A stretch of DNA of 63,579 nucleotides, the filler included, from Olpidium bornovanus S191 (lineage: Eukaryota; Fungi; Olpidiomycota): the NCBI GenBank assembly GCA_017911155.1. It is 29 parts of 29 records of this genome, joined end to end, with 100 filler letters (N's around TTAATTAATTAA, not from the genome) between each part and the next. Parts side by side here need not be neighbours in the genome. Positions count along the whole stretch, not along the records: positions 51,919 to 52,980 come from JAEFCI010006501.1; positions 53,081 to 54,380 come from JAEFCI010011531.1; positions 54,481 to 56,510 come from JAEFCI010002599.1; positions 56,611 to 58,569 come from JAEFCI010002824.1; positions 58,670 to 61,210 come from JAEFCI010002034.1; positions 61,311 to 62,443 come from JAEFCI010004647.1; positions 62,544 to 63,579 come from JAEFCI010009022.1; 22 more parts are not named here. One strand, given 5' to 3'. The notes beneath the pieces are model-generated. The model worked only from the letters and a program-made list of their open reading frames with translations. It did not search any database and was not told where the DNA came from. Positions 52,843 through 63,579 of this stretch are shown here, piece after piece; positions within the stretch are counted from its first letter, which is position 1, and each line of letters opens with the position of its first letter. A program made the translations under genes and the position numbers.

Positions 52843-53417
52843 GCTCGTTCGCTGTTTGAAGCATGCAGAAAAATAAATATAGCAGGACGTGCCGGCGGGT
52901 CCGGACGCGCTTTTCTAAAGCATTATATGCCAATTTATTGTAATGGTCCCGAACTTTTTAGTTGGTGATGATTCGTTCGANNNNNNNNNNNNNNNNNNNN
53001 NNNNNNNNNNNNNNNNNNNNNNNNTTAATTAATTAANNNNNNNNNNNNNNNNNNNNNNNNNNNNNNNNNNNNNNNNNNNNAACCACCCCCCTCACCCTCC
53101 CCCACTCCCCGCACGCACGCGCGCACGCTCCCCGCCCCAACCCGCCTCCGCCGCTTTCTTTTCGTCGTTTCGCCCTCCTCCGCTCTCTTGTTATTATCAT
53201 GCCTCAGTCGCCGGTCGTCGCCCCCGCCGCAACGCAGGGACCGGAACAAGGCGGCCGCACGGCCGGCGCCGCGCGCAGGAGGACGACGCCGAGGCCGCCC
53301 TCGCCTCCTTCTTCGCTCCTTCTTCGCCCGGACGGTTCCGGCCGCTGTCTGCGCGCGTGGAGGCGGGGGAGCGCCGTTTCGCAAGCGCAGCCCGTGTTCG
53401 GACGTTAGTCTTGTCCG

Positions 53418-54260
53418 ATGGCGAGCAGGTAAGAAAACCTCACGGGCGGGCGAGCAAAAAAACACCCTTTCGCAGATGTCGTTCTGACCTGTCCGTTGGC
53501 TTTCTCGGCCGGGCCCCCCCCCCCCCCCCCCCCGGCCCCCGCCTCCCTCTCCCCTTACCGGAAAAAACGCGCGGCCGGGAACAACAAGGCTCGACCGCCT
53601 GATCCTGCTCCTCGACGCGGGCTCCACCCCCGCGGTGCGCGCGACCGCCGCGCAGCAGATCGGCGACGTCTACAAACACCACCCGGGCGAGCTGGGAAAC
53701 CTGCTCTCGCGCGTGCTGGTCCACCTCCGAAGCAAGAAGTGGGAGACCAGGACCGCCGCGGGCCAGGCCGTCGCTGCCATCGCCGCCAACGTGCCGCCGT
53801 GGGACCCCGCCGCCGCCCTCGCGGCGGAGTTGGAAGACGGAGCGGGCGGCGCCGGCGTGCCGGCGGACCCCGCCGCCGCCCAAGCCCTCATAGCTGAGCA
53901 GCGCGGGTGGCTGTCTTTCGAGAGGTTCGACGTCTTGCAGGTCCTCCGGCACGGCAGGCAGCTGCTCGGGTCGGCCGGGAAGGAGTACGACGTCGACTGG
54001 GGGAACGTGACCCCCGAGCAGAGGCTCAAAATGCAGAAGAGGAACTTGAAAGAGAGGCTGGGCATGGCCAGCCAGTTCATGGAAGAGGACATCCTGGCGG
54101 ACGACGACTTCCTCAGAATGCCGGTCTCGGCCGGTGCCGCGACCGGCGAACCGGAGATTTCGAAGGAGACCGAGACAATCATTGCCGGGCTGTCGGCCAG
54201 GGAGAAAAACCGCCTGAAGCGCAAGGCGAAAAAGGACGCGAAAGAGCAGGCGAAAGACAA
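53418..54260 (+). CDS. MOT1: TBP-associated Snf2 ATPase Mot1/BTAF1, 5' exons
   Basis: MASR|LDRLILLLDAGSTPAVRATAAQQIGDV.K.HPGELGNLLSRVLVHLRSKKWETRTAAGQAVAAIAANVPPWDP; LLGSAGKEYD; LSAREKNRLKRKAK; intron 53429-53588. Confidence 0.96.
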
Positions 54261-56279
54261 GTGAGCGCCAGAGGCGGGGGGGGGGGGGGGGGAGGGAAGG
54301 GCGGGGGTTTTGGGGCCCCCCTTTTTCGCGCGCGGGCCGCGTGGTGCGGGGGCCCGGGGGGGGGTAAAAAACTGAGCAAGNNNNNNNNNNNNNNNNNNNN
54401 NNNNNNNNNNNNNNNNNNNNNNNNTTAATTAATTAANNNNNNNNNNNNNNNNNNNNNNNNNNNNNNNNNNNNNNNNNNNNACCCCCTTCTTGAATTACTC
54501 GTTGAGCGTGCAGAGGAACGTTGTCGGTCGTGTAAGTGGGAGGCGGGGGAACAGACCAGGCTAAAGCGCGACTGCGACGGAGAATGGCGGTGCCGTTCAT
54601 GGTATCGCGAGAGTGAAAATGCGACAACCAAGAGCAGCAGCCTCGGCGCCAACGAAGTTTTCGGTGGTTTTGTAAGTGGTTTGAAACAACTTATTTCGTT
54701 GATGGTAAAGCGTTCGCAGTATTTTATCCCATTTGAGAGCGCCATACGCCGGTACGCCTTTTGTTCTTTTTTCGCCGTCGGCGGCGCCGACGAGGTTTTC
54801 GGCACGCACCAGGACCCAGCTTTCGGAGGACGTGCTGCCTTTTTTTTTTTTTTTTTTTTAAAGACATACGATCAGGCAACGTGAGAACCACGTGCTCGAA
54901 GGTGAAAAAAACGCCAGAAGCAGCGCGCGGGCTTTGGGATTACGGCCCTTTTTTTGATCGCAACGGGCGACGTGTCCTTAACGGGATGGTGCGCGGGAGG
55001 AGCGCGCCGCGGCTTTTAGAATTACATGCAGATAACCTCCACGTCACGGGGCGAGGCAGCGCAAAGCGCGAACTGTCAAACGAGTCTTCCGACGGTTGCG
55101 CGCGACAAAAGCAGATACAAGGGACTTGGGGCGGCGGAGGCAGGAGCGCGGAGGTGAAAGTTTGGGGAGGGAAAAGTGGCGTCGAACAAGGGGACAAGTA
55201 GTAGCGCCGGCCAACCGGCCCCGCGCCTTCGGGGCTTCGAGGCTTCGCGGCTCTCTGCTTTGGGGGAAAACCTCCCCGGAAGTGCAACGGGGAAAGGGGG
55301 GGAAAACGGTGGGACTGAGCAGCACGAATCTCTGTCAGCGACAGCGGGACATTACTGCGGATGCCGCGCAATGTGATGACAGTGGAGGGGGTGGGGTGGC
55401 CATCGTAGCTGCTGCCGTGTTTCATACGAAAGCGCGCGGTTGCGTGCCTCCCGGGCCGAGCGAAAGCCGCGAACAAGGAAGGGAAATATTTGCGCCGTCC
55501 GATTACGGCGCGGGGGTAGTTTGTTTGTCTGTCGTTAGCGTTTACGCGGCGGCCCTTTTTGCCAACGGCGGTCCGCCAACCCGGGGTGCTCAGCTTCGCA
55601 AGCCGCAGAGACGCCCGAGAGAAAAAACAGCCCGGGTGATTTGTCGCCCCCGGCCGCCGTGCATGTTTTGAGTCTGACCGTTTCAGGGAGTCACTACGTC
55701 AATGATTGTTGTCATCAGGGATAGAAAAAGTGACCTCAAATGTGGAGATAGGTTTTCGCACCGGTTGAGGCAGCACATATCGGCGACCACGTAATGTGTT
55801 GCGCCGGGAGTTGAGAATGTCATGCGGCCGGTATGGTGCTGATGGCTAGGAAACGGTTTCAGGTTTGTTGCGGAGGGCGCGCGGGCGCCTGGTGAAGACC
55901 ACCCCGCGGCACATCGCAGTGGCCGCGCGGCGCCTCGCGAAGGTCGCGCGTCGAGTCGGATTTCGCGCAAAGGCCGCGCGGCGTCGAAAAGGATGTCGCG
56001 GCGGCGGCGGCGGCGGCGGCGCTGCGGTCGCGGCAATCCCTGGTTATGGGACAGGCGGAATACCAGCGCTTGACCCACAGATATGACAGGGAGGGGATGG
56101 CTCGTCCCGGCACCCGCGTTCCGATTTTTCGTGCCGGTCCCCTTTCTGTTCCTTGGCCTTCTCCCGCAGGAGACATAACATTCTTCGAGGAACCCTTTGG
56201 CCGCCCGGCCAGTCCCGCATCGGGGCCTTCTTTTTGCCGCCGCGGGACAAAGTGCCGGGCGTTTGAGTACAGTCAATAG

Positions 56280-56510
56280 AGTCAAGGTGTGACGGATCCG
56301 TGCTAAATACCGCTGCCCTTCAGCGGAGCCGAGGTTGTAAAATATATTTAGCTGCGACCCAAGTTGCGAGGTGTCAAATGAAGCTGTAGGGCTAGCCAAT
56401 TGGACGCGCATTTCTACTTTGACACTTGTATCGTAATCCCTGAGCCGGGTTGCGAGGGGGCTTGCGAAAGTACAGCTGGCGGGCGCGAGGTAGTTCTGCA
56501 GTTGGGCATG
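56280..56510 (-). CDS. Possible coding exon of an unknown protein
   Basis: Open frame from the contig edge, HAQLQNYLAPASCTFASPLATRLRDYDTSVKVEMRVQLAS...YLARIRHTL, with normal composition; no family recognised. Confidence 0.3.
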
Positions 56511-56635
56511 NNNNNNNNNNNNNNNNNNNNNNNNNNNNNNNNNNNNNNNNNNNNTTAATTAATTAANNNNNNNNNNNNNNNNNNNNNNNNNNNNNNNNNN
56601 NNNNNNNNNNCAGCTACTCGAAAAGTGTCTTGTTT

Positions 56636-58397
56636 TCACTCGACCAGCTGCAGATCAGTTTTCCGGTCCTTGGCGTAAACATCCTTGTATTTCTCGAACA
56701 GTCGCTGCAACTCCTTCAGGTACAGCGCATGCACCTGCAGGATCTGCTCTTCGCTTGGGTCGTTCGTCTTCGTGATGTGGATAGGGTTGCCGGCTGCCGA
56801 CACGATGTCCACGCTGACGGCCTCAGATTTCGTTCGGTGGTCGGAACCGCAGGCCGTAATTTAGGGGGCGCATTTCGGCGTAATGATCAAAAAGGGTACT
56901 TACTGACGACAAAGATCGGGTGGCGGAAGGGGAGAAGCCCAAAGTTGTAATTGAACATGCCTCTAGGAAAGGATCGCCATACCGGACAACTGCTCAGCTC
57001 CAGCAATATAGGGCGGCACGGACACAACTGCGGGACATCTCGTGAAGAAACTTGGCAATAGCGATGAGGACGCACCTGCCACAAACCGCGGGGAGAGTCC
57101 AGCCCGCCAAACGCTTGAATGTTATCTGAAGCTTTCGGATGGTGCTCTCTTCCGGAAGTTGAATTTGCCGGAAAACATTGTTCTCTCCGAACCCGTATAC
57201 GGGCACCAGGGAGGCTCTGGAATATTTGGAAGGGAGACGTGAGCGCCGGTATGTGCTAAATGTACATGTCTGGTACATCTTTTCCCCGCTTGCGTGGCTA
57301 TCCCTGCAGACTCACCCTGTAGTCAACGCCACCTTTATGAAACCCATTCTCCTCTTGAGGACCAGGGAATGTGTCCCTTGAAACGCGTGCAGGCTTTCTG
57401 AGGCCCCGCCGACGACAATCACGCAGCTGTGACCGGGCCCGCGCCGTGCAAGAATGTGCTCGCACGACTTCCGGGACACAGACGCGAGCCCCATGCCTAG
57501 GATGTACTCCCGAAAAAACGGGACCTTGAAGTTAATGCCCAAAGTGAGCAACCGCGGCTTGATCCCGGGGAACAGTCGGCTGTAGCCCACGGCTTCTGTA
57601 GCAAAGCACGTAAAGGCGCCGACGCAAAGGATGCCGTGAGGGTGGTAGCCGAATACGTAATTCTTTGTGGGATCAAGCTCACTTTCCTTATGTAGACCAC
57701 CAGTTGGAGCACGACGGAACCCAACAATTAGTGGCGACAGCGGCCAGCAGAACCTTCCATATCCACGCAGCGTAAAGCTACGAATAACCAGCCGACATGT
57801 TCCCACGTACCCTGATCAAGGTCACGGGGAAGTACTCGGTAACCCACTTCCAGAACCTCAGTTCCCGCATCCATTGCAACCTCCGTCCGCCGGTCTCCGG
57901 AGCATCGTCAAACAGGATGTACCCAACGTAAATGGCCAAAACGACCCTTAAACTCGGGAGATATATTGCGATGAAAAGACACAGTAGCAGAGAGAGCGGG
58001 CCCAGTGAACTCCACAAGGCAACGGCGGCCGTTTGCCTTCGTCGGTGCGCGGGAACCTTAAGCGGCGCTGTGTGCCGGCGGCGTGTCGGCGGGGAAACCG
58101 CGCGCGCACGGGGCGGCGCGTTGGCGTTAGTCGGCTTTTGCGCGGGAAATGGTAGAAGCAGACCCGGCGCGTTTCGGGCGAGCTGTCGCGCGCTGGGCCT
58201 TCGCGGTCGACAACCGATAGACCGGTTGACGAAAATGACGGAGAGCTTCTTTGCTCGCGCCGCCCGGTTCACGCGGCTGGCCCCAACAAAAACAAACCGA
58301 AGCGTATCCAGGGCAATCTGCGGAGCGCATTTTGTGACAGCGACCTGGCAGGCGACGGCGGCGCCCCCGGCGTGTTCTCCGAAACCGCGTCGTGCAT
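56636..58397 (-). CDS. DGA1: Diacylglycerol O-acyltransferase 2 (DGAT2), apparently complete, start uncertain
   Basis: WIRF|APLKVPAHRRRQT; YFPVTLI; LDPTKNYVFGYHPHG; RLLTLGINFKVPFFREY; IVVGGASESL; LVLKRRMGFIKVAL; LVPVYGFGEN; GLLPFRHPI; HALYLKELQRLFEKYK. Confidence 0.96.
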
Positions 58398-58491
58398 CTG
58401 TGAAGGGGGGCGCCGCAAGGCGCACCGCGCCCTTTCCGGAATCTTTCTTGCGCACGGGTGGCGCACCCTCTCCGGAGTCTTTTTTTCGTTC

Positions 58492-58533
<42 letters not shown>

Positions 58534-58796
58534 TTTTTTTTTTTTTTTTTTGTCTGTCTGTCTGGTTAGNNNNNNNNNNNNNNNNNNNNNNNNNNNNNNN
58601 NNNNNNNNNNNNNTTAATTAATTAANNNNNNNNNNNNNNNNNNNNNNNNNNNNNNNNNNNNNNNNNNNNAAAAAAAAAAAAGAAAAAATTCAAAAACCTC
58701 GAAAAACGACGTCAGCAGTTTGTCTCACCTCCACACCCCTTGCCACGATGCTATGCTGCACAGTTTCTCTCCTTTTATTATGAAGACATGTCGAGC

Positions 58797-59150
58797 GCAC
58801 CCTCAACAGAGTCAGTGCGGGGGGCGTTTCAGGTACCTCGAGCAAACCTGCCATTCCGGTCGAATTGCGTTCACAAGACGAGTGTACTGCGGGGAAAGAG
58901 TTGCTCTTGAACGCGAAACTCGTCGTCCGCCTTTCGTAATTCAATGCAGGCGAAACCAGAGGAGTAGCAACGAGTGCACCCTCAACAGAGTCAGTGCAGG
59001 GGGTGTTTCAGGTACCTCGAGCAAACCTGCCATTCCGGTCGAATTGCGTTCACAAAACGAGTGTATTGCGGGGAAAAAGTTGCTCTTGAACGCGAAACTC
59101 GTCGTCCGCCTTTCGTATTTTAATGCAGGCGAGACCAGAGGAGTAGCAAT
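58797..59150. repeat. 179-bp tandem duplication (2 copies, about 10 substitutions)
   Basis: GCACCCTCAACAGAGTCAGTGC...CCAGAGGAGTAGCAA starts at 58797 and again at 58976. Confidence 0.95.
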
Positions 59151-59246
59151 AACTTTTTAGACACATTATCAGGGCATAACATGCGAACGAGTCCTTGTTG
59201 CAAAGCTTGTAGCGTTTCGTGGGCCGGGACGCTCGGAGAACCACGC

Positions 59247-60871
59247 CTACTGCTTGGCCATGCGCATGCGGATAAAATCACCGTTCTTCGGTACGGCGAC
59301 CTTAAAGATCTCGGCGACGAGGTTCCAGTCCAGTGCCTTCAGGAACAGCCTTGAGCAGACGCTGAAATAGCCTAAATCCCGGATGATAACACTGGACAAA
59401 AAAAAGGAAGGGATCGGGGGTGGGGGAAGGACGCGCGGGGAAATATGAAATTTAATGCGGAGCGAAACTGAAAACCGTCGAAACAGACGATGCAAACGAT
59501 ATATCGGCGCGCTTACCGCCCGGCCGATGCGAACAGGGCGTCAGCAACTATGCTGGGCTGCACGGCTGTCTTCCGGAAAAGCTTCAGCGCTTCCAACTTC
59601 CCTGCGTTCTCATAGAACCTTTGCGGGGGGGCGTAGGCCGCAGTAATTTTAAAATTGGCATCGACAGAATTTCGCGAACGAAACGGGCGACTAAAAATTG
59701 TTGCGTGCATACCGCGACTCAACGGGACTGGGGTTCTACTGGCAAGATTCGAGCATCAGTAACGTTCAATTCGGCAAATGGGCAACCTGCCAACTTCAGG
59801 CGCGCACAGACAAGCGTGAACTTACAATGCAAACAACGTCGATCCCTTCAGGGGCAAGCTCGACCGCCAAACTCGCTGCAAACGAGTTGAGGAACACCTT
59901 GGTCGCGCCGTATATAGAGCTCATCGGACACGGGATGAACCCTGCCCCAGATCCTGTAAATGTTACGAGCCCGCTCTGGCCCCTCTCGATCATCCTGGAA
60001 ACGAAGTGGTGGGTAAGGGGGATCGCAGATGTTGCGTTGCAATGGAAGTTGCCAATGTTGCGCTCGAGCGGGACGCTGGAGAACAGGCCCGTGGTAATGA
60101 AGCCGGCATTATTGAAGAGCAGGTTCACGGGGATGTCGTCCGTGAGCAGGCGGATGGCCGACAGGACGGTGTCCGGCTTCGACAGGTCAACTGGAGCCTT
60201 GCGGAAGGACACGGAGGGGTACCTGCGGACGCCGCAAATATTATGATCAAACAAGATTTGCTTTGTGGCGCTCCCCTCCCCCTTGAGCCACCGAGGGAAA
60301 AAAAAAACACGCGGCGTCCCCGCAGGGCGGTTCAAAACAAACCTCGACGTCATCTTCGCGTGGAAGTCGTCCAAAAGCTCGTCGTCGAGCGCCACTATCA
60401 CGACGTTGACGTTTTGCTTCGCCAACTTCTCCACGATCGCTGCGCCGATGCCGGACGAGCCGCCTGGATCCGGGGCAACGCGCCCGTCAGGCGCCGACCC
60501 GCGTTCTTCGCGCGGAGATAGATGCGCACGTACGCCGCCGTCGGCGTGACAAACGACGGACACGAACCTGTGACGACGGCCCTGGACGGGATGGAAGGCC
60601 CGGCGGCGCGCGCGATCGAGCGCGAGGGGGAAAACCGGGTCAGACGGCGCCGGTCCCCGACGCCCGGCAGCTGTGGCGGTCAACCATGCCGGGTTTCTCC
60701 CTTCCGCGAGTCGCCTCACCATCGCGCTCCGTATTTTGTTTTGAGGTCCTGGTCCGTCAGGAAGAAACCCTGGCACAGGAAGGGCACGAGGTACGTGACG
60801 ACGGCGAGGAAGCCCACGCAGAAGCCGGCGAGCACTAAACTCTGCGGCAGCTGGGAGAGAAGCGAGGACAT
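59247..60871 (-). CDS. Short-chain dehydrogenase/reductase with an N-terminal membrane anchor (17beta-HSD / 3-ketoacyl-CoA-reductase-like), multi-exon
   Basis: MSSLLSQL...hydrophobic segment...QDLKTKYGAR; GGSSGIGAAI (Rossmann motif); LLFNNAGF; SIYGATKVF (YxxxK); LAVELAPEGIDV. Confidence 0.92.
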
Positions 60872-61104
60872 GGAGGCGGCAGGTCCGCGGGCGGACTGCG
60901 GGGAAACAAGGAACGACCGCGGGAAAGCGGCGGACCGTCTTTCCTCTTCCCCCTTCCCTCCTCGATCCCTGATGCGGGGCGCGGGGAGTTACGGAAACGT
61001 GGCGCTCGCGGCCGCGAAAAATCCCGCTGTGCGCATTACCAGCCGGGGTGGGGCACAGGGTGAGACGGCGGGGATGGAGACTGATGCGGGAAAAAGGGGG
61101 CGCA

Positions 61105-61135
<31 letters not shown>

Positions 61136-61155
61136 GGGGGGGGGGGGGTTTGGGT

Positions 61156-61198
<43 letters not shown>

Positions 61199-61310
61199 GG
61201 AGGGGAGGAANNNNNNNNNNNNNNNNNNNNNNNNNNNNNNNNNNNNNNNNNNNNTTAATTAATTAANNNNNNNNNNNNNNNNNNNNNNNNNNNNNNNNNN
61301 NNNNNNNNNN

Positions 61311-61352
<42 letters not shown>

Positions 61353-61559
61353 AAGAAAAATCGGAGCAGCCCGAAACGACCGGTCCCGCCGCCGCGAAAG
61401 CGGGGGTTAAAGGTGGCCGGAGGGGCTTGGGTGGGAAGTCGGCGGTTCCGAAAGGCGTTTCGCTCTTCTCCGCCGCGTCGCAACTGATCTTTTTTGGCAC
61501 CTTCCCTCCCCCCCCCCCCCCCCTTTTCCTCCCAGCCCGGAGCAAGCCGACGCTTCCCG

Positions 61560-62000
61560 TACGCCGACACAGGCTACACGTGGCCCGCGATGTTGGCAGA
61601 CTCGGACTTTCGAGGGCAAGACGATCGGGTTGAAAAGCACTACCGCACCCGCAGGGAGCTTGTGCCTCCGACGGCGGTGTCGGAGGTGTGGACGCCGGTC
61701 AATCCCAAGGCGTGCTCGTCGTTGGCGCGAAGCAGGAAGGGAGCCATACCGCCATACGACGTCTGCTTCCAGGGATTCTGAAATCTGGCGTTGCTCTTGG
61801 TTCGCTCTGTTCCCAGCTCCATCGTGCGACCGAATCTGGCCTGTGAATAGCCCTGGGCGTTCTGTGTCCACCTGGTTCAACGCGGCGTTTGCCGTTCGCT
61901 CTTTGACACCGAGAGACCGCGCCGAGTTTATGCGTTCTATCGGTTGTTTCGCACGCATACTGTGCGGGGGGTGGTTACAGTCTTCTACACGCAGGAAATC
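61560..62000 (+). mobile_element. Possible degenerate Ty3/gypsy integrase
   Basis: GYTWPAMLAD (compare GY.WP.M..D), RRELVPPTAVSEVW, ARSRKG..Y, NSPGRSVSTWFN across frames; similarity is weak. Confidence 0.35.
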
Positions 62001-62543
62001 TCAAAACTGGAAGGGTACTACTACCTGCGCCGGGAATCGGGAGAGGGACTATGTTGAAGCATGAGTACGTGCATCGGGTGTAGCAAGATTTTGTGCGGAA
62101 CGTGCGTAGGGGAGATTGTCGCCATGTACGCGTGTCCGCAAGCGAAGGCGACCAGCAGCGTATTGCGCGCGATGCCAATAAATCACATCCTGTAGATCGT
62201 CGAAACGTCCCTGCAAGCTTCCAGTTGTGAGCACATCAGTTTGTCCCACCACTGGAAGAGGAACTTCTCGGCGATGAGCTTGAACCAGGGGGTCATCAGC
62301 ACGGCTTGAAACGAAACGGTCAGCGCGACAGGCGCGCAGGAGGTTGAGCCGGGAAGCCGCCCTCGGGGATAAAGTCGCTACTCCGGCCAGCAAGGAACCC
62401 GGCCCTTTCCCCGTTTGCAGACTTACTCTCGTCTTGGAACATGNNNNNNNNNNNNNNNNNNNNNNNNNNNNNNNNNNNNNNNNNNNNTTAATTAATTAAN
62501 NNNNNNNNNNNNNNNNNNNNNNNNNNNNNNNNNNNNNNNNNNN

Positions 62544-62950
62544 AATTGTGAGGGATAGCGGAAAAACGTGTTCATCAAGGGTGCTTTTTCTTCCTTTCTT
62601 TTTATGGCCTGCGATAATTACGAATAAGTGTCTTTTTCTTCGACTCACCTTCCGATGATCATGGAAACCGCCTTGACGGTCATTCCGGTCTTCTTCGCCA
62701 GCACCTCGACGGGCACCCGCGGGGTGATCTCGATTTTCATGTCGACGTTCCGCAAAATGAACCTCCTCTGCTCCTTGTCCCCCCGCGCCCCGCACCGCGG
62801 CGTCGTTGTCGTCTTCGATCTTGCCGCCGTCGCCCGCGACCCCATCCGAGTTGTCGAGTTCCGCCCTGTCGTCGTCGCCGCCGCCGCCGCCGCCGCCCGC
62901 TGGAGAGGCGGGGTCCTCGGCCTTTGTCGTCTTGGGGCCGCGGGCGAGGC
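62544..62950 (-). CDS. Exons of an unknown protein
   Basis: RRFILRNVDMKIEITPRVPVEVLAKKTGMTVKAVSMIIG, then a GTGAG...GCAG intron and HKKKGRKSTLDEHVFPLSLTI. Confidence 0.4.
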
Positions 62951-63435
62951 GGACGAGTTCCGCCGGGTGAGGAGGGGGTGGCTTTTTTCCTCTGGGGGAA
63001 AGAGAAATTTTCTTAACCAGAACGTGTCCCCTCCCCTCCCCCCCCCCCCTCTCCCCCCTTTTTCGCGCCTTCCCCCTTCGCCACCAACCCCACACGCACA
63101 CACGAACACGGCGGCAACGGCGGTGAGGGAGGAAACGCGGGCGCCTCCCTGAAATCGGAATGCCCCTCGCCCGTCAGCCCCGCCACCACCGCCCACCACC
63201 CCCGCCGGACACGCGCGAGGCCCCTTCGGCGCACGGCGCCCGTCCGTCTTCCCCCTCACCGCCACCCCACCTACTCCCCTCTTTCTCTTCCCACAAACAA
63301 AAACTACGTTCTTTTTCCTCCCACAAACAAAAAAAAAAAAAACAATAAAAAACGCGAATTTTTGCTGACGCGCCGGCCGGAATAGACGTTTTCCCCATTC
63401 GAACGCCGCTGCAAGAACTGGGAAGGCAGGTAACA

Positions 63436-63505
63436 AAATGAGAATGAGAATAAAAATTGGAAACGGGAAAATGAGAATGAGAATGAAAATTGGGAACGAG
63501 AAAAC
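63436..63505. repeat. Two copies of about 34 bp built on a GAGAAT hexamer
   Basis: AAAATGAGAATGAGAAT(A/G)AAAATTGG(A/G)AACG occurs twice. Confidence 0.85.
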
Positions 63506-63579
63506 CTTTGCGCGCGACGAAAGCTTCGGCTTTCGGTCTATATGTTTGAGGGCGGGTGGGCAGGGGGCGAGGGGTCATG

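Noticed and set aside
58797-59150. Hammerhead ribozyme in the 179-bp repeat (GAAAC and TTTCGT present)
   Set aside because: I found no CTGANGA core on either strand.
56636-60871. Apparent lipid cluster (DGAT2 next to SDR)
   Set aside because: Separated by an artificial spacer at 58570-58669.
62650-62760. Mitochondrial IF-2 N-terminal domain (VEVLAKKTGM)
   Set aside because: The resemblance covers only a few residues and no GTPase motifs are visible.

Overview
This window is not one locus. It is 29 short eukaryotic contigs (about 1-7 kb) joined by 28 artificial 100-bp spacers (N44-TTAATTAATTAA-N44), so neighbouring fragments need not be linked. The DNA is GC-rich, intron-rich and full of long homopolymer runs. 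The gene content points to a fungus, probably an early-diverging lineage (inference; an Olpidium-like organism is only a guess). Recognisable, mostly partial genes are MIOS/SEA4, GCN20, kynurenine 3-monooxygenase, actin, DAHP synthase, a PPPDE/DeSI peptidase, an ankyrin protein, a CFA-synthase/coclaurine-NMT-like methyltransferase, a secreted two-domain Kazal inhibitor, an OCRL/INPP5B-type phosphatase, an Mbp1/Swi6-family factor, a SulP transporter, MOT1, DGAT2, an SDR and tRNA-Arg(ACG). Many Ty1/copia and Ty3/gypsy remnants are also present. The most interesting feature is at 9970-10280. A 211-bp LTR (TGTTGCG...CGCAACA) contains a whole tRNA-like Pol III unit with A box, B box and TTTT terminator but a degenerate anticodon arm. 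It is followed directly by the half-tRNA-iMet primer-binding site GGTTATGAGCCC, about 80 bp of non-coding DNA and a candidate polypurine tract at the contig break. This looks like a miniature LTR retrotransposon analogous to plant Cassandra, but carrying a tRNA instead of 5S rRNA. A secreted Kazal protein whose two domains both lack the C1-C5 disulfide is the second-best candidate.
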